DNA of 34,750 nucleotides from an uncultured virus (IMG/VR IMGVR_UViG_3300022833_000006) (taxonomy: Duplodnaviria; Heunggongvirae; Uroviricota; Caudoviricetes; Crassvirales): IMG/VR virus record IMGVR_UViG_3300022833_000006; one strand, given 5' to 3'. Under the pieces are notes generated by a model. That model was not told the DNA's origin and made no database searches. It saw nothing but the letters and a program-made list of their open reading frames with translations. Each line of letters starts with the position of its first letter. Within the stretch, counting starts at the first letter, position 1. This document shows, in pieces, positions 29,540 to 34,750 of the stretch. Both the position numbers and the translations under genes were made by a program.

Positions 29540-29966
29540 AATTTTTGTTTTAAGTTAATAATGTATTAGCACCATCTGTAATAACTATTGTATCAACACA
29601 ATAATTAAGTCATTATATTAGACATTATTATAAATGGTCACAAAATAATTCAACACTTAGTTGATTTTCAATTATTTTTTGCTGTAAACTCCTAAGTGTA
29701 ATGTAAAGTGATGTGACGCACTAGTGTCTCTTTATACACAACCAACATATTACAATACAGTTGGTACACTTGATAGATTTGTATGTAGCTGGAATCTAAC
29801 CAGTCAAGGGTCTTGCCTTTTAGCATCCTTACAATTTATATTCTATCTTTATTTAGTGATTAAACTTTCTTTTGCCTACCTGTTTTAAAAACTAAAGCTC
29901 ATTACAAGTGCCTATGTATTAGGTATAATCACAACGTCATAGGTTTAACGTTTATTGTTTTAAATT

Positions 29967-30097
29967 ATAAACTCTCACAAGGTTGCACTTTGAGTACTTT
30001 ATAGCATCTCTAAGCCCTGTGTGTAGTCAATCTAACTACTTGCTAAATTTCTAAAGATTTTTTAATTATTGTCCACTGCAATTGGATAAGAGTTTAT
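29967..30097 (-). ncRNA. Unknown structured RNA motif, copy B
   Basis: Closing stem ATAAACTCTTAT/GTGAGAGTTTAT with G-U pairs valid only on the minus strand; shares 22/24 nt with copy A. Confidence 0.6.
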
Positions 30098-30108
30098 TAT
30101 ATTATTAT

Positions 30109-30207
30109 TTAAAGCATTATTATTCTTATAACACAAAATACTGCAGCTGTTACTACCATTATTATTAATCCTATAAAGAAAATTTCCTCTGATTGTTCTT
30201 TTTTCAT
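30109..30207 (-). CDS. Small membrane peptide (32 aa)
   Basis: MKKEQSEEIFFIGLIIMVVTAAVFCVIRIIML with A-rich leader. Confidence 0.5.
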   Translation of the reverse strand: MKKEQSEEIFFIGLIIMVVTAAVFCVIRIIML

Positions 30208-30240
30208 TGTTTTGTTTTTAATGTTAATAATTTTAAAATA

Positions 30241-30331
30241 AATAAACTATCATGTAAGTATATCCTGATTAAACTTACACTACGCGGATTTCAGGAGTAG
30301 TCCTTATTGCAATTGGATGATAGTTTATTAT
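30241..30331 (-). ncRNA. Unknown structured RNA motif, copy A
   Basis: 13-bp closing stem AATAAACTATCAT/ATGATAGTTTATT; inner TCCTGA/TCAGGA pairing. Confidence 0.6.
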
Positions 30332-30478
30332 TTACTGCTTGTTATCCTTCTACATCAGCACAATATCTTTTCTGATTGTGTCACCTATTTTACGGATGAT
30401 TTTATGTAGCTCTAGCTTTCTATTTATTTAAGGGATGTCAGCTTTCCCCACACTAGCCCAGTGGTTTTTATATAAATA

Positions 30479-30599
30479 AATAAAATGCAGTGGACTTGAA
30501 CCACTATTAATAAGTCATTATTAGCTGCCTATGGCATCATACACTAATATATATTCACGGATTGCTTATTAACCTTGCCCATTCTAAAGACATTTTATT
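30479..30599 (-). ncRNA. tRNA-like RNA (D/T-arm mimic with expanded central arm)
   Basis: Closing stem AATAAAATG/CATTTTATT, D-like hairpin with GG loop, TTAATAAG/CTTATTAA arm, T arm AGTGG-TTCAAGT-CCACT. Confidence 0.6.
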
Positions 30600-30649
30600 G
30601 TTTAATAATTGATATTTAATAGAGTTTACAATTATATCGCACTGTAATA

Positions 30650-30838
30650 TTAAATATGTAACGTTGTTTCTTTCCAATAATGAAATGAATAAGAAAACTG
30701 ACGATAATTTTTAATGTATGATATACCTCTATTTCTCATTGTAAAAAAAGAACCTGTTATAGTTAGTATTTGTCCTTTACCTATTGTACCATCTCTGTAT
30801 GTTTTAATACATTCAAAAGTTCTAGTTCTTGTTTTCAT
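30650..30838 (-). CDS. Small hypothetical protein
   Basis: ORF track. Confidence 0.6.
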   Translation of the reverse strand: MKTRTRTFECIKTYRDGTIGKGQILTITGSFFTMRNRGISYIKNYRQFSYSFHYWKETTLHI

Positions 30839-31002
30839 GATAATTTAATTAAATTACAATTAGTACAAGTTATTACACTTTTTGTGTAATCTTTATTTAT
30901 AGATTGAGTATCATTAAAGATATGTAAATTTTTTTTACATCTATCATTTTTCCAATCTCTAAAACTAGTAGATAAGTTTCTTAATGTTAATCTTGGTTTC
31001 AT
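30835..31002 (-). CDS. Small zinc-binding-like protein (55 aa) ending in TGA (ATGA overlap)
   Basis: MKPRLTLRNLSTSFRDWKNDRCKKNLH...ITCTNCNLIKLS*; C-x4-H and CxxC. Confidence 0.6.
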   Translation of the reverse strand: MKPRLTLRNLSTSFRDWKNDRCKKNLHIFNDTQSINKDYTKSVITCTNCNLIKLS

Positions 31003-31181
31003 AATGGTTAAATTTAGTTTGTTAAAAATAAAACCAACAGAGATATATATAATTCTTAAATAATGTTACACTTTATTGTGTAATACTTTTAGTTATTATT
31101 ATATCATTTTCAGATAACTGTTGGTATTTATAAATAAATCATTAAGGTACTACAAACTCTTACCTATTCTTGAGTAGATGA

Positions 31182-31565
31182 TTAATCTAGAGGTAATCTA
31201 ATAATAAATTCTAATTTTCTGTATTTTAACCATGTTGGAAATGGATTACCACTATACCCAGGAGTTGAATATTTTTGCTGTCCAAAGCAAGGATAACGTG
31301 GGAAGTCTTTAATAATTATATCAACATAGCTACCTCTAAATGATAAAGGAGAACCACTGTGTGATCCACTTACTTTAAAAAAAGATTTAGATGTTTTAAT
31401 TTTATAACCAAATTTCTTTTGATTTCCTTTATGAAAACATACAGGTTCAAATTTACCATATTTACTAAGAATAGTTATTCCTGATATTGTTAAACTTGAA
31501 ATATCTGTCAGTATAGGATTTCTTTTTTTATCTTGATATAATCTTATTGTAAATGATGTTTTCAT
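31182..31565 (-). CDS. Hypothetical protein
   Basis: ORF track. Confidence 0.6.
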   Translation of the reverse strand: MKTSFTIRLYQDKKRNPILTDISSLTISGITILSKYGKFEPVCFHKGNQKKFGYKIKTSKSFFKVSGSHSGSPLSFRGSYVDIIIKDFPRYPCFGQQKYSTPGYSGNPFPTWLKYRKLEFIIRLPLD

Positions 31566-31581
31566 AGTTGATAATATTGTG

Positions 31582-32088
31582 TTAATCTAATAAAAGTTTT
31601 ATTTGATCTATTTCTTTTTTAGATAATTCAAGTATTTGCTTTAATACCCATTGTAAATTATTGTAATCAGGTGTTGGTAATTTACCATTAATATCTCTTT
31701 TTAGATTTTTAACGTTGTTTGTAAATCCTTTTGCTGATCCTACAGTTAACACTGGATGAGTATGTTTAAGATGTTTGTAATATCTATTGTATAAAGTATA
31801 AAATGATACGTTAATTTCAAATGATAAATCTTTTAATGATTCTTTAATATTTGTTGGATTGTTTTTAATAGTTTCTAATATTAATTTATCTCTACCAGTA
31901 AGTTTTCTATTTATACTATCACGTTTTGTTAACGATGATAGTTTGTTAGATATACTTAAATCGGTTCTGTTAGTATTAAATCTTTTGTTTATTAACTCAG
32001 CAATTTCTTTTATTTTAAAGTTATCAACTCTTAATGACAATATAGTATTACATTCTAATTTTGTATATCTATGTTTTCTTAATGACAT
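31582..32088 (-). CDS. Putative tandem helix-turn-helix DNA-binding protein
   Basis: YT..E...I....IKEIAELIN...RT..SISNKL Myb/HTH-like pattern followed by a second similar unit. Confidence 0.55.
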   Translation of the reverse strand: MSLRKHRYTKLECNTILSLRVDNFKIKEIAELINKRFNTNRTDLSISNKLSSLTKRDSINRKLTGRDKLILETIKNNPTNIKESLKDLSFEINVSFYTLYNRYYKHLKHTHPVLTVGSAKGFTNNVKNLKRDINGKLPTPDYNNLQWVLKQILELSKKEIDQIKLLLD

Positions 32089-32143
32089 ATTTTGTTATTT
32101 AATTTGTTAATATTACTGTATTAATGCTATGTAATATAAATAA

Positions 32144-32280
32144 AGGGTTGACTTTACTGTTGTGTAAATTGGTTAAAACTAGGTTGTAGTTATAAGCCAA
32201 CAATGTCATGTATGTACATGAACCTCAACCCTGTGCTACCACAGGCGTCAAAGTATTACACTCGAGTAAAGTCTCACCTC
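32144..32280 (-). ncRNA. Putative multi-stem structured RNA
   Basis: Nested GACTTTACT/AGTAAAGTC and GTGTAA/TTACAC stems enclosing CCTGTG/CACAGG and TCATGT/ACATGA hairpins. Confidence 0.55.
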
Positions 32281-32300
32281 CATTAACTCTTATTAAAGAG

Positions 32301-32564
32301 TTATAATATAGTTATATCTTCTTGTTCTGTAAATTTAATGCTAATGATATCAATATCATTCTTACTAACACCTAAGTTCTTTTGATACAAATCTTTGAGT
32401 GCTCTATTAATGAGCTTTATTACTCTATCAGCTTTAGTTAGCTTCTCACTCTCCTTACTAAGAATATAAGAGAACCTGTCCTCAACTCTACTCTCCCAAG
32501 CATCATCCTCATTATAGTTATCATCTGTAACTACGTACTTAATATCAATTGTTATATTTTTCAT
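32301..32564 (-). CDS. Hypothetical protein
   Basis: ORF track. Confidence 0.7.
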   Translation of the reverse strand: MKNITIDIKYVVTDDNYNEDDAWESRVEDRFSYILSKESEKLTKADRVIKLINRALKDLYQKNLGVSKNDIDIISIKFTEQEDITIL

Positions 32565-32720
32565 TGCTTTAGTTTTATATTACTATATTTAAATAGTAAT
32601 GTATTAGTTTAAATAAGCCATGTAATAGATTAAGTAAGGCTGTGTAGTAGAACCAGTCGACCCACGAGAGTGTGAGTGTTGGGATTAGATTTGTTAGTTA
32701 CCTTACCTTTATGGAGTAAG

Positions 32721-32748
32721 AAAAGAACTACCTGTTAAGGCAGCTCTT
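32721..32748 (-). terminator. Rho-independent terminator
   Basis: Minus strand AAGAGCTGCC-TTAACA-GGTAGTTCTT-TT about 20 nt after the stop at 32769. Confidence 0.75.
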
Positions 32749-32768
32749 CATCATACTTCATAATGTTA

Positions 32769-33290
32769 CTATGCTTCTCCGATGCTAGGTGCAGATGCTA
32801 CAGGAGCCTCTTCATCTTGTGCATCATCAAAATCAGCATACAGTGCATCAAATGCATTGTTTTCAGCTGCGGTGATATTGTTATCGCCTCCGTTGCTAGG
32901 TAAATGAGATACATTACCAAGTAAGGTAAATCCACTACCATCCTTTTTGGCAACACGTCTAACCGTAGTTAGATAGTTTTCGCCAGATTCAAACATGGCA
33001 ACTGCCTCTGCTGCTTGATCTTCATTTTCCCACTCATCTGTGGATTTAAGACCTACCATACCTTTGAGGTTACCCTCATGCACTTGTAGCAAGAGTGTTT
33101 TCTCTCCAATAGTAGGAATGTTGCACTTAACGGTTGCAAGGCGATACTTCTTTTCCTTTTCATCAAAGTTGGTATAGGACAATTCCTTATTACCAACATT
33201 TCCAACAAGAAGACCAGCTCCTTGAAATTGGAGAGTTTTAGTTCCCTCATAAGAATGGATAGACGCTTTCATTTCGATAATTTTGCTCAT
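32769..33290 (-). CDS. Hypothetical protein with acidic tail (possibly nucleic-acid binding)
   Basis: ORF track, 173 aa; beta-rich core and D/E/A-rich C-terminus; own terminator. Confidence 0.8.
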   Translation of the reverse strand: MSKIIEMKASIHSYEGTKTLQFQGAGLLVGNVGNKELSYTNFDEKEKKYRLATVKCNIPTIGEKTLLLQVHEGNLKGMVGLKSTDEWENEDQAAEAVAMFESGENYLTTVRRVAKKDGSGFTLLGNVSHLPSNGGDNNITAAENNAFDALYADFDDAQDEEAPVASAPSIGEA

Positions 33291-33432
33291 AACGTTGTAA
33301 TTTAGTGTTGTGAATATCTAGCATTTTCACTAAGTGAGTGTTGTAATGCAGTAGCTAGAATCTGCATTTTTTTAGGATTATCCCTTTTATTAATAAGAAT
33401 GGGATGATTTTTTAGTTCTTTTCAAAAAGATA

Positions 33433-33579
33433 CTACCTTTTGCGTGAGCAAATAGGTAGTAAGATTAGTAATACAAATACAACGATGTACATCAGTGTCA
33501 AGTCAAGAAAATATCCTCCTAGTGCAAAGAATATTATTGTCATCAAGTTTAGTGCGAATGCACTCTTAAGCTTCATCAT
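33433..33579 (-). CDS. Small membrane protein (48 aa)
   Basis: MMKLKSAFALNLMTIIFFALGGYFLDLTLMYIVVFVLLILLPICSRKR; manual translation. Confidence 0.55.
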   Translation of the reverse strand: MMKLKSAFALNLMTIIFFALGGYFLDLTLMYIVVFVLLILLPICSRKR

Positions 33580-33609
33580 GTTGTTTGTTGTTAGTGGTTC
33601 AGAGATGCC

Positions 33610-33867
33610 TTATAGCACCTCTGTTGAATATACTACACCAAGCCACTTGAGTAGCAGTGGTGATGTCACGCTGTAGGTAGTGATCTCATCTATGCTGTCT
33701 GGCGTTAGCCAGTATGCACATGATAGGTCAGTACCCACAACGTAGTTGTTGATAGTTCCAGCAAACGGTTTGTTTGTGGTTATCTCTGACTTGATGATCG
33801 TTAGATCTTCAGTCGTTGGATATAGTACTGCTATTGCTAGCAGTAAGAATACGAGTACAGTTTTCAT
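33610..33867 (-). CDS. Small secreted/membrane hypothetical protein
   Basis: Signal-like MKTVLVFLLLAIAVL. Confidence 0.65.
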   Translation of the reverse strand: MKTVLVFLLLAIAVLYPTTEDLTIIKSEITTNKPFAGTINNYVVGTDLSCAYWLTPDSIDEITTYSVTSPLLLKWLGVVYSTEVL

Positions 33868-34069
33868 ACAGTTACAGTGTTGTAAAGTTAGGCGGGGTAT
33901 AAACCCTTTTGTTAAAAAGGATGGGGTGATATGTTAGTTACTCCTACATCTCTATCCCATAAATAATTTCCTCAATATAAAAAATAAAAAATTTTATTAC
34001 CTCTTTAACTATTAGTGCTATGTATATATAACAAATTATGTTAAAGTTTACAAATACATTCTATTTTAC

Positions 34070-34100
34070 TTGTTTATTAAAAATATTCTTCGTAACTTTG
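34070..34100 (+). promoter_or_regulatory. Bacteroidota housekeeping-sigma promoter
   Basis: TTG (34070)-N20-TAACTTTG (34093-34100), 18 nt before ATG 34119. Confidence 0.8.
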
Positions 34101-34118
34101 TAAAATAAAATAAAGAAA

Positions 34119-34433
34119 ATGAAAAATAAATACCTTGATAAAAAAGATATTGAGAGTTTAGGAGGGTTTTATGATAATAATTTAGAACCTATTCCTAGTA
34201 GAGCGGATTGGAATATACCTAAAACAAATGATCATAGTTTACCTTTAGCTTTTATATTTGATAAACAAAATACCACGGGAGAAGCTTGGATAATATATTT
34301 ATATAAAGATAATACTGTATGGATAGATTATACTAAAAATTGTGCAGGAATGGGATATATATTTAAAGGAATTATTAAAAACAAATCAGAATTAAAAATA
34401 TTATTAAAACAACTTAATATAAATGAAAAATAA
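34119..34433 (+). CDS. Hypothetical protein (KYLDK.DIESLG family)
   Basis: ORF track; C-terminal FKGIIKNKSELKILLKQL. Confidence 0.75.
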   Translation: MKNKYLDKKDIESLGGFYDNNLEPIPSRADWNIPKTNDHSLPLAFIFDKQNTTGEAWIIYLYKDNTVWIDYTKNCAGMGYIFKGIIKNKSELKILLKQLNINEK

Positions 34434-34750
34434 ATATTATATACCAAAAGTAAAAGAATTTTATCCAGGATTTGAATATGAAAGAAAAGAAACTTCTGGA
34501 AAATTATTAAAAAAAGAAGATATAGTTATAGAGTGGAAGCCTCAAGTTTTTTCAATAAAAGAGTTATTAACATATAGTTTTGAGCCAGAAGATAATTATT
34601 TTAAAACTCATTTAAAACAAAACATGTTTAGAGTTAAATACCTTGACAAAGAAGATATAGAAAGTTTAGGGTTTAAAGAATCTAAAACAGATATAAATTG
34701 GTATGATTATAAAAATGATAGATATTGGTTATATAAAGAAGATACTAAAG
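34423..34750 (+). CDS. Hypothetical protein, paralog of previous gene (runs off window)
   Basis: MKNKYYIPKVKEFYPGFEYE...RVKYLDKEDIESLGF...; open to the window end. Confidence 0.75.
   Translation, partial: MKNKYYIPKVKEFYPGFEYERKETSGKLLKKEDIVIEWKPQVFSIKELLTYSFEPEDNYFKTHLKQNMFRVKYLDKEDIESLGFKESKTDINWYDYKNDRYWLYKEDTK

Noticed and set aside
29967..30097. SAM-I riboswitch (CTCTTATC...GAGAG ends)
   Set aside because: It lacks the conserved SAM-I core (kink-turn arm, GCAACC/GGTGC) and is not upstream of a sulfur-metabolism gene.
29967..30331. CRISPR mini-array
   Set aside because: Only two copies about 230 nt apart with an ORF between them; the repeats are stem strands and no cas genes are present.
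4592..32771. TAG reassignment (code 15)
   Set aside because: TAG ends genes at sensible C-termini (4592, 7155, 14275, 32769), two of them just before terminators, and no in-frame TAG was found.
33053..33250. 65-aa minus-strand ORF
   Set aside because: It is nested in another frame of the 173-aa gene with no independent support.
24750..33400. An intact TCA-anticodon suppressor tRNA
   Set aside because: No complete cloverleaf with a 7-nt TCA loop was found; the TCA in the 25082-25233 element is out of canonical register.
813..33937. Plus-strand ORFs in the track (e.g. 813..1235, 4201..4431, 8980..9303, 17933..18178, 23038..23343, 33440..33676)
   Set aside because: They lie antisense to well-supported minus-strand genes and have the F/I/L/S-rich composition of shadow frames.

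Overview
AT-rich segment of a dsDNA bacteriophage genome. Gene content (PolB, DnaB, primase, Sak4-like ATPase, SSB-like protein, ThyA, UDG, PD-(D/E)XK nuclease, class Ia RNR) resembles crAss-like/Flavobacteriia phages, and TTG-N20-TAnnTTTG promoters point to a Bacteroidota host. Almost everything is on the minus strand until an orientation switch near 33.9-34.1 kb. Three blocks are visible: (1) 1-23.6 kb, DNA replication and nucleotide metabolism genes with an embedded phiEco32-type peptide-ligase/amidotransferase cluster; (2) 24.7-33.4 kb, small accessory genes separated by many structured non-coding elements, including a tmRNA with a 42-aa tag, a twister ribozyme, tRNA-like RNAs whose anticodon loop is replaced by a long insert, and a duplicated unknown RNA motif; (3) two paralogous plus-strand genes at the right edge. 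The strongest signal is missed by the standard-code ORF track: eight genes of the replication/nucleotide block contain 13 in-frame TGA codons that read as Trp. These TGAs sit near the 5' ends while downstream Trp codons are TGG, and TGA still looks like a stop at two gene junctions in the accessory region. This suggests a readthrough-controlled translational gate on DNA replication. All structure and family calls were made by eye without database searches.
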